This document shows, piece by piece, positions 7,971 through 17,463 of a DNA stretch of 64,000 nucleotides (within the stretch, counting starts at the first letter, position 1; every line of letters starts with the position of its first letter). The notes under the pieces were generated by a model. That model did no database searches and had not been told where the DNA came from. It worked only from the letters and a program-made list of their open reading frames with translations. Source of the stretch: a virus; IMG/VR virus record IMGVR_UViG_3300025897_002116, positions 8,953 to 72,952 of that record; one strand, written 5' to 3'. A program made the translations under genes and the position numbers.

Positions 7971-8545
7971 ATTAAACTATAGTTTTTATTTTCAATAAGA
8001 TCGGTTACCCATTTAGAAACTTTTTGATGTCCCTCGAAACTCCAATGACCTCCATCTTCTTCTTCCTGCATATCTATTTTGTTAAGAGCCCACCAATTAT
8101 TATCAGATGGAAAGTAATAAGAATCTATTTCATTAGAGTTAAGATACTTTACTAAACAATTAAAAGTGGTTTGGTAATATCTCTTGAGAGGTTCTTCATA
8201 TTCTGCTCTCATTGCATAATAATTATCACTATATCTTTCACGAATTTTAATATATGAAGATTTCGGCCAATTAGAATAGAAATCTGATTCTTCCCTAACA
8301 AATGATGACCTTGCTGAATGTGTATCAAATATAAAAAGATAATCTCCTTTTTTGACTTTATTTATATTTGTTAGTATACTAAATAATATATTTTCATTTG
8401 AGTAACCATATTGAGCCAAATTCTTTTCCTTACAATTTAAATGTTCGGTTACAATTTGTGACATTATTTTATCTTTATCATTGGTTCTATCTCTACAGCC
8501 CCAACCGTAGACAAAAGAATCTCCAAAAAACCAAGCAGTTTTCAT
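7967..8545 (-). CDS. SGNH/GDSL hydrolase-like protein
   Basis: FFGDSF, GYSN, DGGH motifs. Confidence 0.7.
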   Translation of the reverse strand: MKTAWFFGDSFVYGWGCRDRTNDKDKIMSQIVTEHLNCKEKNLAQYGYSNENILFSILTNINKVKKGDYLFIFDTHSARSSFVREESDFYSNWPKSSYIKIRERYSDNYYAMRAEYEEPLKRYYQTTFNCLVKYLNSNEIDSYYFPSDNNWWALNKIDMQEEEDGGHWSFEGHQKVSKWVTDLIENKNYSLI

Positions 8546-8546
8546 A

Positions 8547-9128
8547 TTAAATTAAATTTATTTTTTCTAGTTTTTTTTTAATCCAAGAGGAATCATCAAA
8601 TGTTTTATCAGGATATCCAATTACCTCCTGTATCGCAGTAACTACACTAGGCCACTTTTTTTGATAATCGTGTCCGCCAATAGATCCACCTGGTTTTACT
8701 TTAGGGTAATACAATGTTAAATCTTGCTTTACTGATTCATATAAGTGATTGGCATCTATGTAAATAAAATCTATACTATTATCTTCAAACGTATCAACAA
8801 CATTATAACTATAATCTGATATTAAGGATATGTTATCGAAGTATCGTGTATTTATTTCGAATTGTTGTTTAACAAGTTCCCAAGAATAATCATGGTTCTC
8901 GTTAAATATCTCGTGCCCCTCATGTGGCTCTACTGTATAAATCTTATCAAATATTTGAGATGATGCAAATAACATCGTGGATTCTCCCATATAGGAACCT
9001 ATCTCAATCATAGTAGTGTTCTTGCCTTTTAGAGTTTTAAGTTCCGTTAGCATATCCACAAACCCAAAAAACATATTATTTGTATTACCTTTGAACCAAT
9101 GTGGTGTATGTAATCTTTGAGTATTCAT
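8547..9128 (-). CDS. class I SAM methyltransferase (Methyltransf_24-like)
   Basis: IEIGSYMGES, DFIYIDANH, KPGGSIGGHDY. Confidence 0.85.
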   Translation of the reverse strand: MNTQRLHTPHWFKGNTNNMFFGFVDMLTELKTLKGKNTTMIEIGSYMGESTMLFASSQIFDKIYTVEPHEGHEIFNENHDYSWELVKQQFEINTRYFDNISLISDYSYNVVDTFEDNSIDFIYIDANHLYESVKQDLTLYYPKVKPGGSIGGHDYQKKWPSVVTAIQEVIGYPDKTFDDSSWIKKKLEKINLI

Positions 9129-9745
9129 ATAATGGATTTTACTATTCTTTCTTTATAGAAGTTTTTAAAAATAATTTGTTTATCACTATAAACACACGCA
9201 TATAAACATCTTGGTTTATCTGATTTGTTTGATTCTGATTGATGTGTAGTATCTCCATGTATTGCAACTATATCTCCGGCTTTTGGATATATCTTTGTAT
9301 CTCTTAATTGTAGTGTTCCGTTCTCATCCGTAAAGTCATTCAGTATTACAGACATATTTACTGTATTAGCTCCTTCGTTAAAATTACCTCCGATTGTATT
9401 ATCAGTATGTTTTCCAAATCCAAAATTATCATTGGGTAATTTAACAACAATCTGGTCATTATATAACCAAACATCTTTACTATTCAGAAGTTGTGTTGCA
9501 ATATCAATCATAAGGTTTGATTTATAAAAATCCAAAAGATAGGGATCATACATCCCCGCACATCCCAATCCATTCCAATGAATATCTCCTCCATATTTAG
9601 AGGGCTTTCCTACCTTATCACTTACCCATTTTCTTAATTTAATAGAACGAGTTTGTAATTCATGAACTACATCTTCACTTATCATTTTTTGTAAATGTAC
9701 CCATCCATGTTTTTTATAAAATTGTAAATTATTATGTATATTCAT
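9125..9745 (-). CDS. PhyH-like 2OG-Fe(II) dioxygenase
   Basis: FYKKHGWV, HTD, ENGTL, H.S..N.S...R. Confidence 0.8.
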   Translation of the reverse strand: MNIHNNLQFYKKHGWVHLQKMISEDVVHELQTRSIKLRKWVSDKVGKPSKYGGDIHWNGLGCAGMYDPYLLDFYKSNLMIDIATQLLNSKDVWLYNDQIVVKLPNDNFGFGKHTDNTIGGNFNEGANTVNMSVILNDFTDENGTLQLRDTKIYPKAGDIVAIHGDTTHQSESNKSDKPRCLYACVYSDKQIIFKNFYKERIVKSII

Positions 9746-9770
9746 GAATGCCTTCCTCCTGGTACATCAA

Positions 9771-10691
9771 TCATAATAAAACCCTTTGTTTAGTATCATT
9801 ATAAATATTGTTTAAATAATACATGACCTCTTCACGGTATATTAAATCTTTTTTAATTGTAGATTTATCTAACCAAATATGCCAATATTTAAAGTTACCA
9901 ATAGTATTTGAACTATTTGAATCAACCCACATAGGAGAATAACCACAATCCGAATGAGATACATCAGCAGATAGCTGTTCTTCAGAAAACGCTAAATAAG
10001 TTTTATCCTCAATACACCCAACCTTTAAATTTAATTCTCTTGCACAATAACCAAGTATTGATTGGTCCGATAATAACCACAACCATTCTGGTGTATTTTT
10101 GTATTTAGTTGAAACTACATTAAGATGATTTACATAGTAATTATTTTGTAATTCTTTATTATTCATAAATACAAAAGAAGTATTTGGCATTAACATTCTT
10201 TGATTAAAATTTGTAATAGGAACTTTATATTCTTTTATTAATTCATCTGTAATAAAGTATTTTCCTCTATGCAATTCCCAATGTGTATGAACTAAATCAT
10301 AATTAAATACTGATTTTGGTAGTTCACTTTGAACTATGAAATCATTATCTAAAAATAAAAATGGGCCCACTTCTTTTCCTATTGCTACTGATTTACCACT
10401 TGTCCACCATTTACCTGCATCTAAAGTATCTTCATTGTACTTATTTAATGTATCTATATCTATTTCATCGAACAACTTAATCATGTTGTGTTTTTTATAA
10501 AAAGAATACCCAACATCATCAGTATACAATTTGATTGGAACTTTTAAAAACTTTCTGGCACTTGTTATTGCTGCTTTGTTGATTAGTAATTCGTAATCAA
10601 CTATATCATATTCTTTACCTTTATTTTTATAAAAGAAAGGTTTTGTCCAATTAACAAATATTACTTTATAATTTACTTGTATGCCAGCCAT
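9771..10691 (-). CDS. DUF6734-like, GT-A-like protein
   Basis: WTKPF, LYTDDVG, W..GK, FLFLDNDF, PNTSF. Confidence 0.6.
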   Translation of the reverse strand: MAGIQVNYKVIFVNWTKPFFYKNKGKEYDIVDYELLINKAAITSARKFLKVPIKLYTDDVGYSFYKKHNMIKLFDEIDIDTLNKYNEDTLDAGKWWTSGKSVAIGKEVGPFLFLDNDFIVQSELPKSVFNYDLVHTHWELHRGKYFITDELIKEYKVPITNFNQRMLMPNTSFVFMNNKELQNNYYVNHLNVVSTKYKNTPEWLWLLSDQSILGYCARELNLKVGCIEDKTYLAFSEEQLSADVSHSDCGYSPMWVDSNSSNTIGNFKYWHIWLDKSTIKKDLIYREEVMYYLNNIYNDTKQRVLL

Positions 10692-10692
10692 T

Positions 10693-11001
10693 TTACATAA
10701 AACCTAATTCAAGTCTTGCTGAATCCGACATCATAGAGGAAACATATGGAGGATTAAATGTTAACTCTACGTACACATCATTAACCCAGCTAATCGATTT
10801 GACCATCTGTTCTACTGAACCTGGTATTTCTTCTGCTGAAGGACATGAGGGTGAAGTCAAAGTCATAACTACATGTACGTTGTTGTCTGAATTAATGTTT
10901 ACTTCATAAATTAGACCTAATTCGTATATATCTACAGGGATTTCTGGGTCGTAAATGGTTTTTATAGCATCTATAACTTCCTCTTGTTGGGTTTGTACCA
11001 T
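10693..11001 (-). CDS. sufT: Fe-S cluster assembly protein SufT / DUF59
   Basis: DPEIPVDIYELGLIY, MTLTSPSCP, ARLELG. Confidence 0.9.
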   Translation of the reverse strand: MVQTQQEEVIDAIKTIYDPEIPVDIYELGLIYEVNINSDNNVHVVMTLTSPSCPSAEEIPGSVEQMVKSISWVNDVYVELTFNPPYVSSMMSDSARLELGFM

Positions 11002-11004
11002 AAC

Positions 11005-11259
11005 TTACTTTTTTTCTTTACCTTCAATGTATCCTTTTTCATATTGAAGTTCTTTTTCTATTTCAACTATCCTATCTTCTAATTCGCTGATAACTTTAAT
11101 TTTTTTATCTAATCTATCATGTACACTAGTCAACTCTACTTGAAGAGCAGTGAACTGAGCAAATATAGTACCGGCAGTAAATATAGCTACTAGTATACCG
11201 GCTACGATTGACCAGTTATTTACTATAATCTTATTTAAATTCATCTCATCCTTACTCAC
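11005..11259 (-). CDS. membrane-anchored coiled-coil protein
   Basis: One TM helix followed by a heptad pattern. Confidence 0.65.
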   Translation of the reverse strand: MSKDEMNLNKIIVNNWSIVAGILVAIFTAGTIFAQFTALQVELTSVHDRLDKKIKVISELEDRIVEIEKELQYEKGYIEGKEKK

Positions 11260-11310
11260 TTTTATTTATTTTTCAGTGTTTTAATTATCTAGTTCCGGCT
11301 ATCTATGAAG

Positions 11311-11568
11311 TTATTGGGAAAGTATTACTTCATTTTTAATATCCAAAAGCATTTCACAATGCTCGTACATTTCATGTTCTTCAGCGTAGGTAATTAACCC
11401 ATCTAGATCTTCTAGTTTATCTTCAATAGTAATCTCATCAGTTTCAATATAATCTTTCCTTGCTTTAGAATCTTCGTATAACATCTCAATTGAATCATGG
11501 TATATGCCTTGAATAATTGTAGGAAGTTTATCTAAATTACGGTTGATTCTATCTTCTGGGTTATTCAT
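11311..11568 (-). CDS. hypothetical protein
   Basis: 85 aa acidic ORF with a UVR-like E.YE.C tail. Confidence 0.6.
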   Translation of the reverse strand: MNNPEDRINRNLDKLPTIIQGIYHDSIEMLYEDSKARKDYIETDEITIEDKLEDLDGLITYAEEHEMYEHCEMLLDIKNEVILSQ

Positions 11569-11613
11569 ATCAAGTTTATTTAAACATGTTTTATAGTCTG
11601 CTCTTTTATAACT

Positions 11614-12396
11614 TCACTCACTCCAATGCTTAAATTGTAGCTCTTTCATATCAATTGGCTCCCTTTTCATATGTCCACCTTTTGAGAAATTTGCTCCTCT
11701 TTTAAGATACCCTCCTAATAGGTTTCTTCTCATTCTATTAGAATTATTAGTTTCGGAACCATGAACGTTATGAGAGTGTAGTAATACCACCTGCCCTTTT
11801 TTTAATACTCCTTCTAGTTTCCTAAAATCATGACCTTCCGGCATGATACAAGGCTTGCCTCTTTCATTATTCCAGAATGCTGGGTTGGTTTTTACTCTTT
11901 CCTGGTCTACTTCTATCGGTAATATTGGAAGTCTGTGTGATCCTTCGTATACCCAAACGGCTCCATTACCTTCATCATGATTATCTAAAGCTAAGGCCGT
12001 ATTGATAATTTCATTGTGACCGCATTTAGTGTAGAATGCATTTTGATGCTGATCTCTGCCTAGCTGTCCGGGTGGTTTGAAGTAACACCAATCTTGCATT
12101 CCATCTATTGGACCATCCATTAGGTACTCAACTGCTTCTAAAATTTTTGGATGTGCAAAATATTTCTCTAGTAATAGTGAGAGTTTATGGGGGTAAGCAA
12201 ATGGGTCCCACTCTCCCCAAATCTTTCCGTCGGGTGATTCGGTTCCTGTTCTTTCTTTTCTTAGACGGCTTAGTTCATCGTTAATCAAATCACATTCTTC
12301 TTCTGTGATTAGTTCTAAAACGGTAAAGCCTTTATACCTCCAGTCAAATGTAATTTGCTGTAGTTCTTCTTCGCTAAGGTATTTTAATTTTGACAT
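11614..12396 (-). CDS. phytanoyl-CoA dioxygenase family protein
   Basis: YFKPPG, HQN, GNGAVWVYEGSH, HGSETN.S.R.RR. Confidence 0.85.
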   Translation of the reverse strand: MSKLKYLSEEELQQITFDWRYKGFTVLELITEEECDLINDELSRLRKERTGTESPDGKIWGEWDPFAYPHKLSLLLEKYFAHPKILEAVEYLMDGPIDGMQDWCYFKPPGQLGRDQHQNAFYTKCGHNEIINTALALDNHDEGNGAVWVYEGSHRLPILPIEVDQERVKTNPAFWNNERGKPCIMPEGHDFRKLEGVLKKGQVVLLHSHNVHGSETNNSNRMRRNLLGGYLKRGANFSKGGHMKREPIDMKELQFKHWSE

Positions 12397-12415
12397 AAAA
12401 CTTGTTTGTAGACTG

Positions 12416-12619
12416 TTAATTAATTATTTCTTTTATTAATGCAACAATAAATATAACTAGACTTAAAGGCCAATATAGAATATGGTAAAGTCTTTCTTTC
12501 CAGCTCCATGGCTCTGCTATTTTTCCATTAAAATTATTTAGTGTAAAATTCTCTAAGAATCCTGTATAAACTAAACCTATTAATATGTACCCTCCTATTT
12601 TAAGTATTAAAGTTTCCAT
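12416..12619 (-). CDS. small membrane protein
   Basis: Two hydrophobic segments, YWP motif. Confidence 0.6.
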   Translation of the reverse strand: METLILKIGGYILIGLVYTGFLENFTLNNFNGKIAEPWSWKERLYHILYWPLSLVIFIVALIKEIIN

Positions 12620-12786
12620 TGAGTGTTTACCTGTTTAGTATGTTTACATTTTTTATGGGCCATATACCCCCAGCAGTTACAGTACGGTCCATTTTTACCT
12701 AACTTAACTCTATATTCTTTTTCTGAGGATTCAGATTTAAATAGCCAATATTTTTCTTCTTGAAATAGTTCTTCAAATAATTCCAT
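12607..12786 (-). CDS. SWIM zinc-finger protein (59 aa)
   Basis: Manual translation gives YCNCWGYMAHKKCKH (CxC...CxH). Confidence 0.7.
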   Translation of the reverse strand: MELFEELFQEEKYWLFKSESSEKEYRVKLGKNGPYCNCWGYMAHKKCKHTKQVNTQWKL

Positions 12787-12787
12787 T

Positions 12788-13324
12788 TTACATCCATTTT
12801 ATATTACTATGAAACGTTACAGAAGAATAGTGACATGTATTATTTTTATATCCTTCTTCAAGATTCATCTTAATATTAAGTTTACCAGCCGGAGGAACAG
12901 TAACTTGCTCTGTAAATTGTTTTCTTGTTAGCAATACTACTCCTGTAGGGCTTAATAAAGGAGAATAAAAAGCAATATGAGTAAAAGCATATTTACCGTC
13001 TTTATTTTTTTTCTGTTTTATGCTCTGAAATGAGACGTATTTATTATCTGGTTTCCAGCTAGTCTTTACTTCAATGGAAATTTCTTCATCTAAACTTTTA
13101 ACATCAAAGCCAAATTGATTAGATAGTGTACCGACCTCCATATCTCTTCTGAAGTAATGAGAAGCCCAATTTTTTATAATTACTTCTGATAATATGGGTA
13201 GACCTCCACGTTTTAAAGCATCTCTTGCCTCTTGGTTATCTCTTATATACTTATCTAAAATCTTTTTAGGAAATCCTAAATCTTCTTCGTACATACTTAA
13301 AATTGCTTTTTTATTTACCATCAT
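12788..13324 (-). CDS. PD-(D/E)xK nuclease-like protein
   Basis: GFDVKS...IEVKT motif. Confidence 0.55.
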   Translation of the reverse strand: MMVNKKAILSMYEEDLGFPKKILDKYIRDNQEARDALKRGGLPILSEVIIKNWASHYFRRDMEVGTLSNQFGFDVKSLDEEISIEVKTSWKPDNKYVSFQSIKQKKNKDGKYAFTHIAFYSPLLSPTGVVLLTRKQFTEQVTVPPAGKLNIKMNLEEGYKNNTCHYSSVTFHSNIKWM

Positions 13325-13333
13325 ACTATACGG

Positions 13334-13696
13334 TTAAAAAAGTCCAATCCAATTATCTTCTTCTGAGAATGCTGCAATCTCATAGGGGTGATCGTAATAA
13401 CCGTAACCCATATTATAGTACCTTGTCATCCATGTAGGGGATTGTAGGTAATGTACATACTCGTGAACTACTGTTCTAATAACTTCTACAGTCGTTTTTA
13501 TATTACTGAAGTATAAAATTATTTCATTTGAATCTTGTATGTATTCACCTAGAAGGTCTGGGTCGGAAGTATTACTGGTTGTATTTCTTTCTAAGACTAG
13601 ATAGGGTGTAGTTTGTTTAAATTTACTTTCACCGTAAACTTCCACACATTCAGCTAAGTATTTTTCAGCGATTTTTTTAACAGTTCTTTGATGCAT
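13334..13696 (-). CDS. zincin-like metallopeptidase
   Basis: HEYVHYLQ and PYEIAA motifs. Confidence 0.7.
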   Translation of the reverse strand: MHQRTVKKIAEKYLAECVEVYGESKFKQTTPYLVLERNTTSNTSDPDLLGEYIQDSNEIILYFSNIKTTVEVIRTVVHEYVHYLQSPTWMTRYYNMGYGYYDHPYEIAAFSEEDNWIGLF

Positions 13697-13753
13697 ATAA
13701 CCTTTGTTTTTAAATGTAACTAAATATACGAAATTTAACTTAGAAAAACAACT
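13694..13753 (-). promoter_or_regulatory. diverged early/middle promoter cassette
   Basis: Minus strand AGTTG...TTCGTATATTTAG...AAAGGTTAT-ATG. Confidence 0.7.
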
Positions 13754-14818
13754 TTAGTTTGATAAAGGTGCTTTAATATTTGGGTGTGATTGATAGTTTA
13801 CTAAATGAAAATCAATTTGCCCATTGATAGCTTCATCAAATGATCTATGTTCTAAATTAGCTAAAAATATAGGATTCATTTTTAATTTAGGTAATTTAAA
13901 TGAGTCTCTACCAATTTGTTTTTTAGCTTGTTCAATATGATTTGAATATAAGTGAACATCTCCAAGATTCCCAATTAACTCATCAGGCACCATATTTACT
14001 TCCTTAGCTATGATTTCTAGTAATAAACCATATGATGCTATGTTAAATGGAAGCCCTAAGAAAGTATCTACAGAGCGTTGATTCCACATTAAGGAGATAG
14101 ATCTTGTTGGTATTCCGTAAGTATCTAAACCTGTATCCCATATTTTATTATTAGAGGTAAATTGATTATTTTGTTCTTCATTTTCAAGTCGAAACTTATC
14201 GTTCCAGAGACCTAATCTTTCTTCATAACTCAACTCTTTTGTATAAACTTGAAAACCATAATGACAAGGAGGTAGTGTCATCTCTGATAACTCTCCAACA
14301 TTCCATGCTGATACCATCAACCTTCTACTATCTGGATTCTCTTTGAGATTATTGATAAGAATTTTTATTTGGTCAAACCATTGGTTTCTGTACCCTGATT
14401 CTACTGTCCAATCTCTCCATTGTTTACCGTAAATAGGTCCAAGTGATCCCCATACATTTGCAAAATTTTTATCTGTTTTTATTTTTTGAACAAAATCTTT
14501 TAATGGTAATGGTTCATCTAAATCATGAGCATATGTACGCTCATATACCTTATAAGCATCCCCATTCCAAATATTACAGCCATTATCAACTAAGTACTTT
14601 ATGTTTGTATCTCCTTTAAGAAACCATATAAGTTCAGTAACTATAGTTTTAAGTGGAAGTTTTTTAGTAGTAAGTAGAGGAAAGCCTTCACTCATATTAT
14701 GTTTAATATGTCTACCAAATATAGATACAGTACCAGTTCCTGTTCTATCCTTTTTGATTACTCCATTATCAAGAATATCATGTAGGAGGTCTTGGTACTG
14801 TTTATCTAAACTGTTCAT
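13754..14818 (-). CDS. thyA: thymidylate synthase
   Basis: DRTGTGT, FPLLTTKK, LGPIYGKQWR, SRR, LPPCH, QRSVD, LGLPFNIASY, HLYSNH. Confidence 0.97.
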   Translation of the reverse strand: MNSLDKQYQDLLHDILDNGVIKKDRTGTGTVSIFGRHIKHNMSEGFPLLTTKKLPLKTIVTELIWFLKGDTNIKYLVDNGCNIWNGDAYKVYERTYAHDLDEPLPLKDFVQKIKTDKNFANVWGSLGPIYGKQWRDWTVESGYRNQWFDQIKILINNLKENPDSRRLMVSAWNVGELSEMTLPPCHYGFQVYTKELSYEERLGLWNDKFRLENEEQNNQFTSNNKIWDTGLDTYGIPTRSISLMWNQRSVDTFLGLPFNIASYGLLLEIIAKEVNMVPDELIGNLGDVHLYSNHIEQAKKQIGRDSFKLPKLKMNPIFLANLEHRSFDEAINGQIDFHLVNYQSHPNIKAPLSN

Positions 14819-15000
14819 AATCTGGGATCTTGTTTTTCTAACTGACTCTCATTGAAAATATGTAACATACCATTATCTTCCATTTCAGCTACTATTCTTA
14901 TCTTACCTTCAGTTGTACCGAAAATAGATACTATAGTACAAGGGAATTTATAACCTGAGGGTTTAAATGCCTTATCTCCTAATTTAAATTTATACTTCAT
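14815..15000 (-). CDS. DfrB (R67, type B DHFR)-like SH3 protein
   Basis: GDKAFKPSG...IVS...T...VAE...GMLHIFN...LE aligns by eye with R67 GDRVRKKSG...IVG...T...AVE...GSVQIYP...LE; overlaps the thyA start. Confidence 0.55.
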   Translation of the reverse strand: MKYKFKLGDKAFKPSGYKFPCTIVSIFGTTEGKIRIVAEMEDNGMLHIFNESQLEKQDPRL

Positions 15001-15004
15001 TTTT

Positions 15005-15193
15005 TTATCCGTAAATTACAATTTTTTCTTTTGTTACTTCGTTAAATAACCTTCTAACTACTCTTCTTCCGACAGGACGTTTAGAGATTCTTTCATAAGT
15101 GTAGCCGGCAATACCTATATGGTGGCCGTATTGAACCGAGTCTTCTATCTTATGGTTTATTTTAGTAGCGGTAACGTAAAATGATTTTTTCAT
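15005..15193 (-). CDS. hypothetical protein
   Basis: 62 aa ORF behind a promoter cassette. Confidence 0.6.
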   Translation of the reverse strand: MKKSFYVTATKINHKIEDSVQYGHHIGIAGYTYERISKRPVGRRVVRRLFNEVTKEKIVIYG

Positions 15194-15257
15194 AACATTT
15201 GATTTTTATATGATTTCTAATACCTAAATATAGTCGAGTTTGCGCAGAAAAACAACT
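15191..15257 (-). promoter_or_regulatory. diverged promoter cassette
   Basis: AGTTG...ACTATATTTAGGTAT...ATG on the minus strand. Confidence 0.65.
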
Positions 15258-15288
15258 TTCTACGAATTATTTTTCTTTTACTTTGCTT

Positions 15289-15726
15289 TCATTTTATACT
15301 TGGTTTTAAATATATTTTATAACCCTCGGGTGTAGGCTTAAAGTGAGATATCTCCGTACCTTTTAACTCCTTAGCTATAGTTTCTACAGGCATATCTTCA
15401 CATAGATACGGTCCACCGCTTGGATCAACCATATCAATTCTACTAGTATCGCTTGTAACATATCGTAAAAATTCTTGTGATATAAAACTCTGTTTAATTT
15501 CTTTAGTCTCTTTATCAAAGGACTGTTGATGTACATGTATTTTAAAATCTTCAAGTGACATAGGGTCACGTGAGTACCCTAAGTACTTCTTGTAGGCTTG
15601 GGTATAATCATTAGGAGACCCAAATCTACACCGTTTAAAATCTCCTTGCCATAATATTGTTCCATCGTCCTGTGGTGTGAAGCTATGCTCATTATTATAA
15701 CGGTTCAGTATTTTATACGTTTTCAT
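15289..15726 (-). CDS. hypothetical phage protein
   Basis: 145 aa ORF with a DPSGGPY motif. Confidence 0.7.
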   Translation of the reverse strand: MKTYKILNRYNNEHSFTPQDDGTILWQGDFKRCRFGSPNDYTQAYKKYLGYSRDPMSLEDFKIHVHQQSFDKETKEIKQSFISQEFLRYVTSDTSRIDMVDPSGGPYLCEDMPVETIAKELKGTEISHFKPTPEGYKIYLKPSIK

Positions 15727-16336
15727 TGTTTGTTATTTTTTCTAGTTTTTTAAGTTGTTTCTCAAATCGTTCAATACTACCCCATATGATTGAGGCATCT
15801 GGGTCAAGTAATTTTATTTGCTCAACCAACTCTTGTTGCCTGCCCCTACTATGAAATCCACGTTCAATATCATATGCTAAATCTTGTAAGTGTTTTGGTG
15901 CTGAGATACTAATTCGTAAATCATAGTGATCCCATTTAGTTTTCCAATCAACAAACCCAATACCTTTAGTTAGTGTATTAAGTAGATTATGTAGTCTACG
16001 ATTACGAACTCTTACTATTGATTTATCACTTCCAAATACATGAAGGAATCGTAAAAACCATCTTGGGCAATATTTAGGCTTTGCTTTGTAATCTAAAGCA
16101 AGTACAAGTGGGTAAAGTGCTTTAAAATAATCACCATCTCCCCATATTTGAGTTCCTAAATAGCCATACCGCTCAAATCCTTTTGGAAAGAATATGAAAC
16201 GCAAATCATCCCATTCTAAATTACGAGTATAAACCATGCCCTTATTTCGACCTTTCCAAAACAACATACTTTTCCCAAACGCCATCATTTTCTCACTACT
16301 AGTTCTATTGTCTTTTATTTCAAATTTACTTTTCAT
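15713..16336 (-). CDS. hypothetical phage protein
   Basis: 207 aa ORF. Confidence 0.7.
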   Translation of the reverse strand: MKSKFEIKDNRTSSEKMMAFGKSMLFWKGRNKGMVYTRNLEWDDLRFIFFPKGFERYGYLGTQIWGDGDYFKALYPLVLALDYKAKPKYCPRWFLRFLHVFGSDKSIVRVRNRRLHNLLNTLTKGIGFVDWKTKWDHYDLRISISAPKHLQDLAYDIERGFHSRGRQQELVEQIKLLDPDASIIWGSIERFEKQLKKLEKITNNENV

Positions 16337-16490
16337 AATCTATGATTAAATTGCTTGTGCTACATTTTTCACACAATCTTTTATTGCTATAAACTAAACC
16401 TAACTTAGGTGTGTGCATGGTAACCTTCATACAACTATTACAAAACTGCTTACCTCGTTTAAGTACTTCCGCTATTTTCTTTCTACCCAT
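16326..16490 (-). CDS. small zinc-ribbon protein (54 aa)
   Basis: Manual translation gives FCNSC...H...LCEKC. Confidence 0.6.
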   Translation of the reverse strand: MGRKKIAEVLKRGKQFCNSCMKVTMHTPKLGLVYSNKRLCEKCSTSNLIIDYEK

Positions 16491-16502
16491 GATAGTAGTA
16501 TA

Positions 16503-17360
16503 TTAACTATAAAGTAAATTAGTTGCTAATTTGAATAGTTCTCTATTTACTTTTATATCTTTCTCAAAAGATTTAATCTTTCGTACTTTTTGCACTTTTG
16601 CTCCAGTTAAAGCAACATGGAAGTCACCCTGTATAATTTTTTCCTGCAAAGTATTAAAAACTTTCCAAAGATCATTACCTCTATCTTCGTCCCTGTTAGG
16701 TGAAAGTAGTGACTTAAGTGTTATAATATTATACTCTATTCCAGAAGCCTGTTCAGATCCTATCTTTATTCCTGCTCTAATAAGCATTGAATCAGTAGCG
16801 AGTTGATGCTTTTCTTCTTCAGATAAGATTCTATTCTTCATACTGTTCAGTACCTCTACCTTACTAGGGAGATCTTGGACTGCCTGTGAGACAACGTTTC
16901 TAAGCTCATCAAAACTATAACCTTTATGTCGGATGGAGAAATCATTAAACTTTTCGTCAGCAACAACTAAACCATTAGAGCATACAAGTCTGTATATACC
17001 TAACATAAACTTAAATGCCTGTGTACCGTCATGACTGTTTGTAAGAAGTATACGAGGGTAAGCATCGTCACCTTTTTCACCCTTAATCAAAATATCAGGA
17101 TTTTGGAAACTAACCATATGTTTTGAGTAAACAGTTCCTTCTGTTTTACGAGGTGATCGTTGGGCAGCTTTGACTGGAAACCAATTAAGCTTAGCTAGAT
17201 CATCTATGATGGTTTCTGTATTAACAAATAAGTACTGATTGCTAAGTAAAGGATTTGTAGGCTTTTCTGCAAAAACTAAAGGAGCCTGTATCTTAATTTG
17301 TTCTTTAGTGAGGTAGGTATCTAAACCTTTACCTGTCTTCATTATTATATCGCTGTTCAT
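16503..17360 (-). CDS. DUF932/DUF945 family protein
   Basis: KHMVSF, LTNSHDG, YRLVCSNGL, R.EDRGNDLW.VFN..QE. Confidence 0.85.
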   Translation of the reverse strand: MNSDIIMKTGKGLDTYLTKEQIKIQAPLVFAEKPTNPLLSNQYLFVNTETIIDDLAKLNWFPVKAAQRSPRKTEGTVYSKHMVSFQNPDILIKGEKGDDAYPRILLTNSHDGTQAFKFMLGIYRLVCSNGLVVADEKFNDFSIRHKGYSFDELRNVVSQAVQDLPSKVEVLNSMKNRILSEEEKHQLATDSMLIRAGIKIGSEQASGIEYNIITLKSLLSPNRDEDRGNDLWKVFNTLQEKIIQGDFHVALTGAKVQKVRKIKSFEKDIKVNRELFKLATNLLYS

Positions 17361-17433
17361 AATTATAACCTTTTAAGTTTATTTTTACTTTTAATATACT
17401 TAAAGATACGAACTTAAATTAAGAAAGGCAACT
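17358..17433 (-). promoter_or_regulatory. promoter cassette
   Basis: AGTTGCCTTTC...AAGTTCGTATCTTTAAGTAT on the minus strand. Confidence 0.75.
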
Positions 17434-17463
17434 AACTTACAAAGAACTTTTATATGTATGAGC

